NCBI GenBank assembly: GCA_963827685.1
Contig: CAWHBU010000010.1
Location: 1 to 45,661, forward strand
Reading direction: 5' to 3'
DNA length: 45,661 bases
Source of the DNA: an uncultured delta proteobacterium
GTDB lineage: Bacteria; Desulfobacterota; BSN033; UBA1163
The first letter of the stretch is position 1. Every line of letters starts with the position of its first letter. Under the pieces are notes generated by a model. That model did no database searches. It was not told where the DNA came from and saw only the letters and a program-made list of their open reading frames with translations. Made by a program: the position numbers and the translations under genes. Below are positions 36,012 to 45,661 of the stretch, piece by piece.

Positions 36012-37805
36012 ATGAAGACATTTAAAACGCTTAGAAATGATTTCTTTGAGAACCGATGGTGGATTCTGATCGGACTCATCGCTCTTCTCGTGGTTGATGT
36101 CCTCCAACTCTTCATCCCAAGGGTCATCAAATACGCCATCGACAATCTCACCCTGGACGTTATTTCTCCCTCCCGCCTTCTCTTCTATGGATTAGAAGTC
36201 CTCGTCCTTGCTTTAGGGATTGGCGGGTTTCGATATGTCTGGAGGTATTTCCTCTTGGGGGCAGCTCGTCGAATCGAAAAGACCCTCAGAGATCGCCTTT
36301 TTGTCCACCTCCAAAATCTCTCCCCTTCTTATTTCTCTCGCACCAAAGTGGGGGATCTGATGGCCCACGCCACCAATGACATCGAGGCGGTCCGGATGTC
36401 GCTGTCCATGGGGCTCGTGTTCTTGGTAGACACGATCATCCTGGGAGTGTTGACGATCTTTTTTATGATTTATATCCATCCCATGTTAACCCTTTATGCG
36501 GTTCTCCCCATGCCATTGATTACGCTGATTACGCTCCTCTTCAGCCGGACGATCCACCACCGTTTCGAAATTCTTCAGAAAACCTTCGCCTCCCTGACTG
36601 AAAGGGTAAGGGAGGCCATTACAGGTATCCGGGTGATCAAGGCCTATGTTTTGGAGGAAAGGGAGAGGGAAAGACTCTCTCAGCTAAGCAAAGATTATAT
36701 CCAGAGAAATTTGAATGTCACCAAGGTGTGGGGAATGTTTTTTCCCCTCATCCTTTTCTTTTCCAATCTTTCCATGGCCATCGTCCTCTACTTGGGCGGG
36801 AAGCTGACGATCTTTCACGCGATCTCCACGGGTGATTTCGTTGCCTTCATGAGCTATCTCGGATTGCTTGCCTGGCCGATGATGGCATTGGGCTGGGCGA
36901 TCAATATGATCCAGCGAGGCAGCGCTTCCATGGATCGTTTGAATAGAATTTTTGCAGAAACCCCGGAAATCTATGACTCTTCAGGTATCCTTCGACCAGG
37001 TCCATTGAAAGGAAGAATTGAGATAAAAGGTCTCAGCTTTTCTCCACGAAACGGCGGAAATCCTCTGCTTCGAGACGTTCATATCACTGTTGAGAAGGGA
37101 GAAAGATTGGTCGTCGTCGGAAGGACTGGATCCGGGAAGACGATCTTCTGCAATCTGGTGACAAGGATTTTAGAGCCTTCGCAAGGTTATTTGTTTTTCG
37201 ATGGGATTGAAATTCATGAGATCCCTCTTGAGGTGTTAAGGAAATCGATTGGATATATACCCCAGGATACCTTCCTCTTTTCAGATACGATCCGTGAGAA
37301 CATTGCCTTTGGAAAGATGGATGCCACGGCAAAAGAGATTGAAGAGGCGGCACGGCTTGCACAGATTTACGATGAGATCAGGGAATTTCCAGAAGGCATG
37401 AATACAATGGTTGGGGAGAAGGGGATCACGTTATCCGGGGGACAGAGGCAAAGGATTGCGATTGCCCGGGCTATCCTTATGGATCCCCCCATCTTCATCT
37501 TGGATGATGCCCTCTCTTCGGTGGACATCCAGACAGAAGAACGGATTCTTGGGGGATTGGATAAGTTCCTCAAGGGGAAGGCCAGCATTCTCGTCACCCA
37601 TCGGATCGCTCCCCTAAGGAGAGCAGATCGGATTGTCGTTCTTGAACAGGGAGCGGTGGTGGAGATGGGGGACCACAAAACCCTTCTTTCCAAGGGGGGG
37701 ATCTATTCCGACCTCTATCGACAGAGTCAATTAGAAGAAGAACTGGAGAAGGAGAATAATGTCAATCGTTCGGAGTTCGGAGTTCGGAGAGTTGAAGATG
37801 AATGA
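36012..37805 (+). CDS. ABC exporter half-transporter (MdlA/YheI-like)
   Basis: TMD plus NBD; GRTGSGKT, LSGGQRQR, degenerate Walker B ILDDALSSVD. Confidence 0.93.
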   Translation: MKTFKTLRNDFFENRWWILIGLIALLVVDVLQLFIPRVIKYAIDNLTLDVISPSRLLFYGLEVLVLALGIGGFRYVWRYFLLGAARRIEKTLRDRLFVHLQNLSPSYFSRTKVGDLMAHATNDIEAVRMSLSMGLVFLVDTIILGVLTIFFMIYIHPMLTLYAVLPMPLITLITLLFSRTIHHRFEILQKTFASLTERVREAITGIRVIKAYVLEERERERLSQLSKDYIQRNLNVTKVWGMFFPLILFFSNLSMAIVLYLGGKLTIFHAISTGDFVAFMSYLGLLAWPMMALGWAINMIQRGSASMDRLNRIFAETPEIYDSSGILRPGPLKGRIEIKGLSFSPRNGGNPLLRDVHITVEKGERLVVVGRTGSGKTIFCNLVTRILEPSQGYLFFDGIEIHEIPLEVLRKSIGYIPQDTFLFSDTIRENIAFGKMDATAKEIEEAARLAQIYDEIREFPEGMNTMVGEKGITLSGGQRQRIAIARAILMDPPIFILDDALSSVDIQTEERILGGLDKFLKGKASILVTHRIAPLRRADRIVVLEQGAVVEMGDHKTLLSKGGIYSDLYRQSQLEEELEKENNVNRSEFGVRRVEDE

Positions 37806-37941
37806 TGAAAGATTTGATTTCAAAAATCTAAGGGTTTTTCAATAACCTTGAGAATAGATGAATACAGAATGGTCTGAACGACTGGAATCTTAGAAAATGA
37901 ATGGGGGGGAACTCCTAACTCCGAGCTCTAAACTCCGAACT
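37768..37941. repeat. inverted heptamer arms enclosing a decayed ORF
   Basis: gttcggagttcggagttcggag ... aactcctaactccgagctctaaactccgaact. Confidence 0.72.
37798..37900 (+). pseudogene. possible relic of a four-helix-bundle (23S rRNA IVP/bAvd-like) gene
   Basis: MNDERFDFKNLRVFQ* resembles the family N-terminus F.F..L.V(Y/W)Q; the downstream sequence loosely resembles RMLNGL..SL. Confidence 0.45.
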
Positions 37942-37955
37942 GACGAGTTTCTTTT

Positions 37956-40064
37956 ATGTACGCTGACTTCGGCTATATGGAAGAGGGAAAATTAGGGAAA
38001 CCTTACGACCTGAAACTGATGGCCAGGTTGGGGGGATTTCTAAGACCTTATTGGAGACTGATGGCTCTTTCCCTCCTTTTCATTATGATCATAGCGGGGT
38101 TGGACCTCCTCATTCCTTACCTGACTAAAGAAGCGATTGACCGCTACATTGTTGTCGAAGCAAGAGAAGTGACCTTAAGAGAAGATGGCTCACCAGAGGA
38201 ACAACGTTTCTGGAGTCAATATGGCCAGAAACTTATTCCGAAAAAAGAGAAAAGTAAATTTCTTCTCCCGCCAGAAGTGTTGCGATCAATGGACCGAAAA
38301 GAGATGACTCTTCTCCAGAAATCTGGCCTGCTCACGGAAAATCGATATTATCTGTCTATTCCCCAAAAACCAGAGGAGTCCATCTTAAAAAAATACCCTT
38401 CTTCTTTTGAGAGGAGTGGTTCTTACTGGTTCATTTCCGTTGACCGTATGAAGGAATTGAAAAGAGAAGACCTCCTCGTCCTGAGAGGGAAGGATGTAGA
38501 AGGGGTTTTCCACATCGCGCTCCTCGCTGTTCTCATACTGGTCATCAATTTTGGATTAAACTTCTCTCAGGTTTATACGATGGAGTTGGCAGGTCAAAAG
38601 ATGATGCATGATCTCCGGATGAAGGTCTTCTCCCATCTCCAGGGACTCCCGGTTTCCTTTTTTGATAAGAATCCGGTGGGAAGGTTGGTGACCCGATTGA
38701 CCAACGACATCCAGAACGTCCACGAAATGTTTACTTCTGTTCTCATCAACCTCTTGAAAGATATTCTTCTGGTGATTGGAATCATCATCCTTCTCCTTCA
38801 ACTCAACCGGGAGCTCGCCTTGGTCTCTTTTTCTGTTATTCCCCTAATCTTTATTACGACCCTCTTCTTCAGCCGTCAAGCCAGGGACGTGTTCCGGGGG
38901 ATCCGTTTCAAGATTGCCCAGATGAATTCTTTTTTCAACGAGAATTTCTCGGGTATCAAAGTGGTTCAACTCTTTCGAAGGGAAAGAGAGAACAGCCGGC
39001 GATTTGAAAAAATCAACCAGGGATATTATCTGGCAAACATGAAACAGATATCCATTTATGCTTTTTTTGTCCCCCTCGTTGAAATCCTGAGTTCAGGAGC
39101 CATCGGCCTTCTCCTCTGGTATGGAGGGGGAAGGGTGGTTCAGGGGATGATCACGCTCGGAGTCCTGGTCGCCTTTCTTTCCTATATTCGGATGTTCTTC
39201 CAGCCGATCCGGGACCTTTCCGAGAAATATAATATCTTGCAGTCGGCGATGGCCTCCCTCGAGAGGATTTTCTCATTGCTCGACGAAGATCTAAAGATTT
39301 CGAAACCTCTCTCGCCCAAGGGAAGAGAGATCAGGGGCGACATCGAGTTTCACAATGTCTCCTTCTCCTATGATGGGGAGGATAAAGTCCTTAAGGATGT
39401 TTCTTTTGTCGTTCGTGAGGGGGAGACCGTGGCCATCGTGGGCGCCACCGGAGCTGGAAAAACCTCCTTGCTACACCTGCTCGAACGATTCTATGAAGTG
39501 GGGGAAGGGGCTATTCTGATCGATGGGGTCGATATTCGAGAGAGGGATATCGTTCAACTCAGGTCGCAAATCGGGCTGGTGATGCAAGATACCTTTCTCT
39601 TTGCTGGAGATATCGAGGAAAATATTCGATTGGGGAATCGGAAGATCGATGAAGGAAAGGTGAGAAAAGTAGCGCAAGTGGTCAATGCAGAGAGGTTTAT
39701 CCATCGGTTGCCGCAGGGGTATCATACCAAGGTGGGGGAGGGAGGGGAGGCGCTATCTGCCGGGGAAAGGCAGCTGTTAGCCTTTGCACGGGCTTTGTCC
39801 ATCAATCCAAAGGTCCTCGTTCTTGATGAAGCAACCTCTCATGTCGATCCTGAAACGGAACGGTTAATCCAGGAAGGACTGACACGGTTACTCAAGGGGA
39901 GGACAGCCATTGTCATCGCTCATCGTCTTTCCACTATCCAGCATGCTGATCGGATCGTCGTTCTCCATAAAGGGAGGGTGCGCGAAATCGGAACGCATGC
40001 AGAATTGATGGCAGAAAGAGGCATCTATTTCAGGCTTTATCAACTTCAATATGGTGTGCCCTAA
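37956..40064 (+). CDS. ABC exporter half-transporter (MdlB/YheH-like) with large extracytoplasmic loop
   Basis: PVGRLVTRLTND, FFQPIRDL.EKYNILQSAMAS.ERIF, GATGAGKT, LSAGERQL, VLDEATS. Confidence 0.93.
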   Translation: MYADFGYMEEGKLGKPYDLKLMARLGGFLRPYWRLMALSLLFIMIIAGLDLLIPYLTKEAIDRYIVVEAREVTLREDGSPEEQRFWSQYGQKLIPKKEKSKFLLPPEVLRSMDRKEMTLLQKSGLLTENRYYLSIPQKPEESILKKYPSSFERSGSYWFISVDRMKELKREDLLVLRGKDVEGVFHIALLAVLILVINFGLNFSQVYTMELAGQKMMHDLRMKVFSHLQGLPVSFFDKNPVGRLVTRLTNDIQNVHEMFTSVLINLLKDILLVIGIIILLLQLNRELALVSFSVIPLIFITTLFFSRQARDVFRGIRFKIAQMNSFFNENFSGIKVVQLFRRERENSRRFEKINQGYYLANMKQISIYAFFVPLVEILSSGAIGLLLWYGGGRVVQGMITLGVLVAFLSYIRMFFQPIRDLSEKYNILQSAMASLERIFSLLDEDLKISKPLSPKGREIRGDIEFHNVSFSYDGEDKVLKDVSFVVREGETVAIVGATGAGKTSLLHLLERFYEVGEGAILIDGVDIRERDIVQLRSQIGLVMQDTFLFAGDIEENIRLGNRKIDEGKVRKVAQVVNAERFIHRLPQGYHTKVGEGGEALSAGERQLLAFARALSINPKVLVLDEATSHVDPETERLIQEGLTRLLKGRTAIVIAHRLSTIQHADRIVVLHKGRVREIGTHAELMAERGIYFRLYQLQYGVP

Positions 40065-40121
40065 ATGAAGTTCGGAGTAATGAGTTAAGAGTTCGGAGTC
40101 TTTAAACCAAAAACTCTGAAC

Positions 40122-40276
40122 TATAGTGAACGACACAGAAAAGTAGTCATTGCGAGGAGCGAAGCGACGTGCCTGCGCGCTGAAGCGCTACGGCGCGCAA
40201 GCGTGGGTCGTATCGACCTTCACTTCGTTCGCAATGACATATTGAGGATGTCGACATATTTATGTCGTTCACTATA
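40122..40276. mobile_element. TA-flanked MITE-like element inside a heptamer array, containing nested palindromes
   Basis: Perfect 14-bp IR TATAGTGAACGACA / TGTCGTTCACTATA; inner GTCATTGCGA...TCGCAATGAC (40146-40238). Confidence 0.65.
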
Positions 40277-40325
40277 ATCATTCCGAACTCAACAATCTCA
40301 ATCAGTTATTGAGGTTGTTGAGATG

Positions 40326-40354
40326 TTGACAAAATGGAATGGCTGTCCTATATA
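40326..40354 (+). promoter_or_regulatory. sigma70 promoter
   Basis: TTGACA-N17-TATATA, preceded by a 15-bp near-perfect IR (40288-40322). Confidence 0.55.
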
Positions 40355-40369
40355 GGGGAGAGAGGTTTT

Positions 40370-40579
40370 ATGGAAGAGAAGGAAGAACAATCGCAGAAAA
40401 TTGACCAGGCGGGAGAGAAGAGGCGGGAGATTGATCTTAATGTCCTTTTTCCCGAAAAGGGCTATGATTTAAATCGCCTTTTCCCCGATGAAGGAACCAA
40501 GAAACTCCTTTACGAACTGAGGCGGAACAAACGGGACATTGATCGTTTTGTGAAAAGTCTTCATGTGGAGGAGGAATAG
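40370..40579 (+). CDS. small hypothetical protein
   Basis: RBS GAGG; internal repeat DLNVLFP / DLNRLFP; abuts the next gene. Confidence 0.65.
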   Translation: MEEKEEQSQKIDQAGEKRREIDLNVLFPEKGYDLNRLFPDEGTKKLLYELRRNKRDIDRFVKSLHVEEE

Positions 40580-40825
40580 ATGAAGTGTCCTCATTGCGGC
40601 GAGACACTCCCTTTTATTCTCTGTCCGGAGTGCGGAGGAGAGACGCTTGAAGGAAGCCTTTATTGCTGTCGGTGTGGAAAGCCCACAAAGGTGGAGACTG
40701 CGGAGGCCGATTTCTCCGACCGTATCCCTTGTCGTGATGGAAACTGTATTGGTACCATCAATGAAGGGGGAGTTTGTAATATTTGTGGGAAGCCACATAG
40801 TGATCGCGAAGAGATGGTTGGATAG
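40580..40825 (+). CDS. zinc-ribbon protein (multiple CxxC)
   Basis: CPHC, CPEC, CCRC, CRDGNC, CNIC. Confidence 0.8.
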   Translation: MKCPHCGETLPFILCPECGGETLEGSLYCCRCGKPTKVETAEADFSDRIPCRDGNCIGTINEGGVCNICGKPHSDREEMVG

Positions 40826-40904
40826 ACTGTCGCCTCTTTTCTGAAAGAAGGATTAAACTTGGCATATTTCTTGTATAAATTTGTATAAATAAAGATAAGC
40901 CATA

Positions 40905-40933
40905 TTGACAGCCAAGACAAGGATGATTATCTT
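40905..40933 (+). promoter_or_regulatory. sigma70 promoter of lon
   Basis: TTGACA-N17-TATCTT; tandem TTGTATAAAT twice at 40871-40890. Confidence 0.55.
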
Positions 40934-40974
40934 ATGTGTAAGAGGTCAACTAATTAATTTCACAGGAGGAAACA

Positions 40975-43389
40975 ATGATATTTCTACCAAGGGGGGGAGC
41001 TGACCGAGAAGAAAAGGGGAAAGATGATAAGGTTGTTGTACCTGACGAGCTACCTGTACTTCCTTTAAGGGGGACAGTACTTTACCCGGATTTAATACTG
41101 CCCATCATGGTCGGCAGAAAAAAGTCAGTCAAGCTGATCGACGATGCGATGGATTCCGATCGTATTATCGGGGTCATTACTCAAAAGAGGTCTGAAATTG
41201 AAGATCCTAAAGAAACCGATCTTTATTCGGTGGGTGTCGCCGCATTAATTTTGAGGATGATTCGGGAACTGGATGGGAGCCAACGAGTCATTGTCCAGGG
41301 AGTCTCGAGGATGAGGGTGAAGGAGTACATTCAGAGAGAGCCCTATTTCAAGGCAAGGAGTGAAGTGATCGATGAAGGATTGGTACAGGGAGTGGAGATC
41401 GATGCTCTGATGATGAATTTGAAGAACCTCTTCCAAAGGGCTGTGGAGCTGGCTCCTTACCTCACCAGTGAATTAGGAACCATGGTTTCTAATATCAAGT
41501 CCCCTTCCATCCTCGCCGACCTGATTGCATCGAACCTCAATATTTCGACCACCGAGAAACAGGGAATTCTGGAGACCTTCGATATCCGAGAACGGTTGAC
41601 CAAAGTTCATCTCTTTCTCAACAAAGAGGTCCAGGTGCTGGAGTTGGGCAATAAGATCCAGTCGCAGGTCAAGGAAGATATGGATCGAACCCAAAGGGAG
41701 TATTATCTCCGGGAACAACTCAAGGCGATCAAGAAAGAGTTGGGGGAGTTAGACGAACATTCCACAGAGATCAAGGAACTCAAGGAGAAGATTAAAAAAG
41801 CCAAGATGCCACCCGAGGCCTTAGCGGCTGCCGAAAAGGAATTAGATCGCCTGTCCAAGATTCCTCCTGCCTCGGCAGAATATACCGTTGCCAGAACTTA
41901 TCTGGATTGGCTGGCGGAACTTCCGTGGTCTGAAACCACAGAGGATAATCTGGATATCGACAATGCCCAAAAAATCTTAGACGAAGACCATTACGATTTG
42001 GAAAAGGTGAAGAAACGAATTTTGGAATATCTGGCAGTCAGAAAATTGAAGGCGGATATGAAGGGACCGATCCTTTGCTTCGTCGGTCCTCCAGGGGTCG
42101 GAAAGACCTCGCTGGGAAAGTCGATTGCCCGAACAATGGGACGTAAATTCATACGGATCTCTTTGGGTGGAGTCCGAGATGAAGCCGAAATTCGAGGACA
42201 TCGCCGGACTTATGTCGGTGCTCTGCCCGGTCGCATCATTCAGGGGGTCAAAAAGGCAGGATCGAATAATCCGGTCTTCATGCTGGATGAAGTGGATAAG
42301 ATCGGGATGGATTTTCGTGGGGACCCTTCCTCTGCACTTCTGGAGGTATTGGATCCGGAACAGAACTTTTCCTTCTCCGATCACTATATCGATGTTAATT
42401 TCGATCTCTCGAAGGTGATGTTCATCACCACCGCCAATGTGCTTGATACCATCCCGCCTGCTCTCAGAGACCGAATGGAAACTCTCGAACTCCCGGGCTA
42501 TAGTGAAGATCAGAAGATGATGATCGCCAAAGAGTTCCTCATTCCAAAACAGATCAACGAGCACGGGTTGAGTTCAGAATTCATCGAATTTAGCGATGCG
42601 GCACTTCAAACCATCATCAGTTCCTATACCCGAGAGGCGGGGGTCAGAAATTTGGAGAGGGAGATCGCAGCCATCTGTCGTGGGGTGGCCAAAGATGTCG
42701 CACGAGAGATAAAAGAGAAGGTGGTCATCGTTCCAGACAACTTGCATAAATTTTTAGGGCCGGTCAAATTCTTCCTCGAGGTGGCAGAGCGGACCTCTAG
42801 TCCAGGTGTGGCGACGGGTCTGGCCTGGACGCCTACCGGAGGGGACATCATCTTTGTGGAAGCAACGAAAATGAGGGGAGAGAAGGGGCTGACTTTAACA
42901 GGGCAATTGGGCGATGTGATGAAAGAGTCCGCTCAGGCCGCATTAGCCTATGTTCGATCCAAATCGAAAGAACTCGGTATCGAGGAGGACTTTTTTGAAA
43001 AGAATGATATTCACATTCACGTCCCGGCAGGTGCCATTCCGAAGGATGGGCCTTCGGCTGGGGTGACGATGTTTGTGGCACTCACCTCCCTGCTGACCAA
43101 CAGACCTGTTCGAAATGATGTCGCCATGACCGGAGAAATCACCTTGAGGGGCTTGGTCCTTCCTGTGGGGGGGATTAAAGAGAAGGTCCTGGCAGGAATG
43201 CGGGCCGGGATTAAGACGATCATCCTTCCGCAGAAGAACGAAAAAGACCTGGAGGAGATTCCTGAGCATATTCGAAATCAGATGAATTTCGAATATATCC
43301 AGAGGATGGATGAGGCCATCGATCTGGCGCTGAAACATACGGAACCGCGGAGCGCGGAAAGAGAAGCCTTTATCCCTCCGGTTAGTTAA
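40975..43389 (+). CDS. lon: ATP-dependent protease La
   Basis: LPVLPLR N-domain, [36 protein letters not shown] (catalytic Ser), GGIKEK. Confidence 0.98.
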   Translation: MIFLPRGGADREEKGKDDKVVVPDELPVLPLRGTVLYPDLILPIMVGRKKSVKLIDDAMDSDRIIGVITQKRSEIEDPKETDLYSVGVAALILRMIRELDGSQRVIVQGVSRMRVKEYIQREPYFKARSEVIDEGLVQGVEIDALMMNLKNLFQRAVELAPYLTSELGTMVSNIKSPSILADLIASNLNISTTEKQGILETFDIRERLTKVHLFLNKEVQVLELGNKIQSQVKEDMDRTQREYYLREQLKAIKKELGELDEHSTEIKELKEKIKKAKMPPEALAAAEKELDRLSKIPPASAEYTVARTYLDWLAELPWSETTEDNLDIDNAQKILDEDHYDLEKVKKRILEYLAVRKLKADMKGPILCFVGPPGVGKTSLGKSIARTMGRKFIRISLGGVRDEAEIRGHRRTYVGALPGRIIQGVKKAGSNNPVFMLDEVDKIGMDFRGDPSSALLEVLDPEQNFSFSDHYIDVNFDLSKVMFITTANVLDTIPPALRDRMETLELPGYSEDQKMMIAKEFLIPKQINEHGLSSEFIEFSDAALQTIISSYTREAGVRNLEREIAAICRGVAKDVAREIKEKVVIVPDNLHKFLGPVKFFLEVAERTSSPGVATGLAWTPTGGDIIFVEATKMRGEKGLTLTGQLGDVMKESAQAALAYVRSKSKELGIEEDFFEKNDIHIHVPAGAIPKDGPSAGVTMFVALTSLLTNRPVRNDVAMTGEITLRGLVLPVGGIKEKVLAGMRAGIKTIILPQKNEKDLEEIPEHIRNQMNFEYIQRMDEAIDLALKHTEPRSAEREAFIPPVS

Positions 43390-43457
43390 AACCCTAAAAG
43401 TTTTTTCCCCTTTCTTGAAACATGCCTGTTATCGTGGTTTTAATCTGAGGCCACTTC

Positions 43458-44684
43458 GTGGATTACCCCAAACTCAGAGACATTAATATCTTTCCAGTCC
43501 AGAGTTCTGGGCAGGCTCTCCTATGCCTTCAGGATCCACAGAACATCAGCGAAAAGGCCCTTTTTTTGTCACCCCCTCTTTATTACATCGTCTCCCTTTT
43601 TGATGGCCAACATTCGATCCTGGATATTCAGGCTGAATATATGAGGAGGTTTGGAGAGTTCCTATACACAGACAAGTTACAGGAGGTCATCAACCAATTG
43701 GATGAAAATCTCTTTCTTGAAGGAGAACGGTTTCAACAGGCTTTGAGCCAGAAAGAAGAAGAGTTTAAGAAGGCTTTGTTTCGGGAAGCCGTCTTTGCCG
43801 GAAAGAGTTATGAAGGAGACCCCGATGGATTGAGGACTCAGCTTGAAGGCTATTTTGAGGGGGCGAACGGTCCGGGAGCTCTTAGAGAGGAGAAGCATAC
43901 CAAAGGCTTAAAGGGAGTGGTTGTGCCCCACATCGATTTTCAAAGGGGAGGCTTCTGTTATGCCTTCGGTCACCGAGAGATATGGAAGGGGAATTCTTCC
44001 CCTTGTTTTGTCATCTTCGGAACCGCCCACACTCCCATGAAAAATCCTTTCTGCCTCACCCGGAAGGACTTTGTCACACCTCTTGGCACTTTGAATGCGG
44101 ATAAGGAACTGGTAGATGCGATCCAATCCCGTTGTCCTGATGACCTCTTTGAGGATGAGGGAGTCCACCGAAGCGAGCATTCCATTGAGTTTCAGTGTGT
44201 CTTTCTCCGATACCTTTACCCAGAACCCAATCCTCTGAAAATTGTTCCCATCCTGAGCGGATCATTTTATGAGGCGATTCAGAAGGGAATCTCACCGATG
44301 GAGCTCAAACCCATCCGGCAGTTCATCGATGCCTTGAAGGAAGCTGTTTCATCTCTTGGGAGAGAGGTTTGTTATATTGCCAGTGCAGATCTTGCACATA
44401 TGGGCGTTCAATTTGGGGATCGAGACGGAGTGAGTGAATACGGACTCAGGGTCATTGCCCAAGAAGACCAGGAGATGTTGGAATATGCGGAGAAGATGGA
44501 TGGGGAAGGGTTTTTCTCATCGATTTCGAGGGAGAGAGACCGGAGGAAGATCTGTGGTTTGCCTGCCATTTATTCAATGCTCAAGACCCTCGAAGCCAAG
44601 GAGGGCAAACTTCTCAAATATGGCCAGGCCTTTGCACCGGAGACCCAATCTGTTGTCACCTTCGCCAGCCTTGCGTTTTACTGA
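43458..44684 (+). CDS. Memo-family protein (AmmeMemoRadiSam protein B-like) with ~100-aa N-terminal extension
   Basis: REAVFAGKSY, VPHIDF, GTAH, TPLG, EHSIEFQ, SADLAH.G..FG, ICG, VTFAS. Confidence 0.9.
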   Translation: MDYPKLRDINIFPVQSSGQALLCLQDPQNISEKALFLSPPLYYIVSLFDGQHSILDIQAEYMRRFGEFLYTDKLQEVINQLDENLFLEGERFQQALSQKEEEFKKALFREAVFAGKSYEGDPDGLRTQLEGYFEGANGPGALREEKHTKGLKGVVVPHIDFQRGGFCYAFGHREIWKGNSSPCFVIFGTAHTPMKNPFCLTRKDFVTPLGTLNADKELVDAIQSRCPDDLFEDEGVHRSEHSIEFQCVFLRYLYPEPNPLKIVPILSGSFYEAIQKGISPMELKPIRQFIDALKEAVSSLGREVCYIASADLAHMGVQFGDRDGVSEYGLRVIAQEDQEMLEYAEKMDGEGFFSSISRERDRRKICGLPAIYSMLKTLEAKEGKLLKYGQAFAPETQSVVTFASLAFY

Positions 44685-44692
44685 ATAGTGAT

Positions 44693-44738
44693 GAGTTCGG
44701 AGTTGGGAGTTCGGAGTAAAAACCCGTTGTCGAACTCA
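44693..44738. repeat. inverted heptamer array
   Basis: gagttcggagttgggagttcggag ... cgaactc after the Memo stop. Confidence 0.65.
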
Positions 44739-44947
44739 GAAAAATAACAGGAATGACAAGAATACTATCAATATAGGACATTAGATACTTACTCATTGAA
44801 ATCTGAGAATTTATCTCTAACATCTAAAACAATTTCCCTAAGAGCCCCCCTCCCCACCGTGGGAGGGGATTCACCCTGTTAGATAGAAGGTTTCTTGAGC
44901 AAAGGGAATGAGACGGCAATTTTAGATACACGCTAACTGGATAGGAT

Positions 44948-45661
44948 ATGAACCCCAACAAAACTCTTTTTTGGAGCGTCCCCTCTCTTGAATTGCTTCA
45001 ACAACTTCAAACCACCCCTCAAGGCTTGACGAGCGATGAGGCTCAACAACGACTCTTACGCTATGGATCCAATCTCCTGAAGCCTAAGAAGAAATCGGAC
45101 GCGCTGACACTTCTGTTAGCTCAATTTAAGAGTCCGATTATTCTCATTCTTATTTTTGCAGCAGGATTATCCTTCTTCCTCCGTAATCCCATTGATGCTA
45201 CGATCATCCTGGTGATTGTTTTGGTCAGCGGTTTCCTTGGATTCTGGCAGGAACGGGGAGCGGTCAATGCTGTTGAGAAGCTGTATGCAATCGTGCAGAT
45301 CAGAGCGACGGTGTTTCGCAATGGAGACTCAAAAGAAGTTCCCATCGAAGAGGTCGTCCCAGGCGATATTGTGTTCATCAAGGCAAGCGATGTCATACCT
45401 GGAGACTGTCTTCTTCTGGAATCCAAAGACCTCTTTGTCGATGAAGCAACCTTGACAGGTGAAACCTATCCTGTCGAAAAGTCAATCGGCACTTTACCGC
45501 CGGAAACACCGCTCAGCCAGCGGACAAACTCGCTCTTTATGGGAACCCATGTGGTCAGCGGGAGTGCCACGGCGGTGGTCATCCAAACAGGGAAGGAGAC
45601 CGAATTCGGAAAGGTGTCCGAACGGCTGAGACTAAGACCTCCGGAGACAGAGTTTGAGCAT
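44948..45661 (+). CDS. mgtA: P-type ATPase, Mg2+-translocating (MgtA-like), 3'-truncated by the window edge; missing from the ORF track
   Basis: Manual translation: MNPNKTLFWS...GLTSDEAQQRL..YGSN...QFKSP..., VVPGDIV, IPGDC, DEATLTGETYPVEK, FMGT.VVSG, TG.ETEFG. Confidence 0.88.
   Translation, partial: MNPNKTLFWSVPSLELLQQLQTTPQGLTSDEAQQRLLRYGSNLLKPKKKSDALTLLLAQFKSPIILILIFAAGLSFFLRNPIDATIILVIVLVSGFLGFWQERGAVNAVEKLYAIVQIRATVFRNGDSKEVPIEEVVPGDIVFIKASDVIPGDCLLLESKDLFVDEATLTGETYPVEKSIGTLPPETPLSQRTNSLFMGTHVVSGSATAVVIQTGKETEFGKVSERLRLRPPETEFEH

Noticed and set aside
11365-44738. Short repeats and MITE copies as a CRISPR array
   Set aside because: No constant 23-47-bp repeat with regular unique spacers, and no cas genes.
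41245-45455. Many antisense or alternate-frame ORFs inside lon, Memo and mgtA (and similarly inside other genes)
   Set aside because: Shadow ORFs overlapping well-supported genes, with no motifs.

Overview
Bacterial chromosomal window with no rRNA, tRNA or CRISPR array. Gene content and several sigma54 promoters suggest a Desulfobacterota/deltaproteobacterial anaerobe (inference). It holds about 45 CDS, mostly housekeeping, stress and repair genes: DJ-1/PfpI, MliC, rubrerythrin-like, archease-rtcB, ogt, cheR, Zn-ADH, ECF sigma/anti-sigma, GAF-HD-GYP, MrfA/MrfB-like helicase and exonuclease, cold-shock protein, a heterodimeric ABC exporter, lon, a Memo-family protein and a partial MgtA-type ATPase. 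The most notable structures are: (1) an integrase-less integron-like cassette array (about 29.8-33.1 kb: orphan ORF, RHH/MazF toxin-antitoxin pair, two methyltransferases) in which all three cassette junctions carry the same ~160-bp MITE inserted at the GTT of the attC core; (2) a sigma54-preceded DUF4388 gene followed by an orphan DctP and a Cache-HAMP receptor with no output domain; (3) an AT-rich sigma54 island of unknown small genes, including an unannotated tandem paralog and a triple-HTH protein ending at an A8 tract; (4) a self-consistent ECF promoter motif found twice; (5) several families of intergenic palindromes and heptamer arrays, some nested and one enclosing a possible four-helix-bundle gene relic. 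All calls come from reading motifs by eye; no searches were run.
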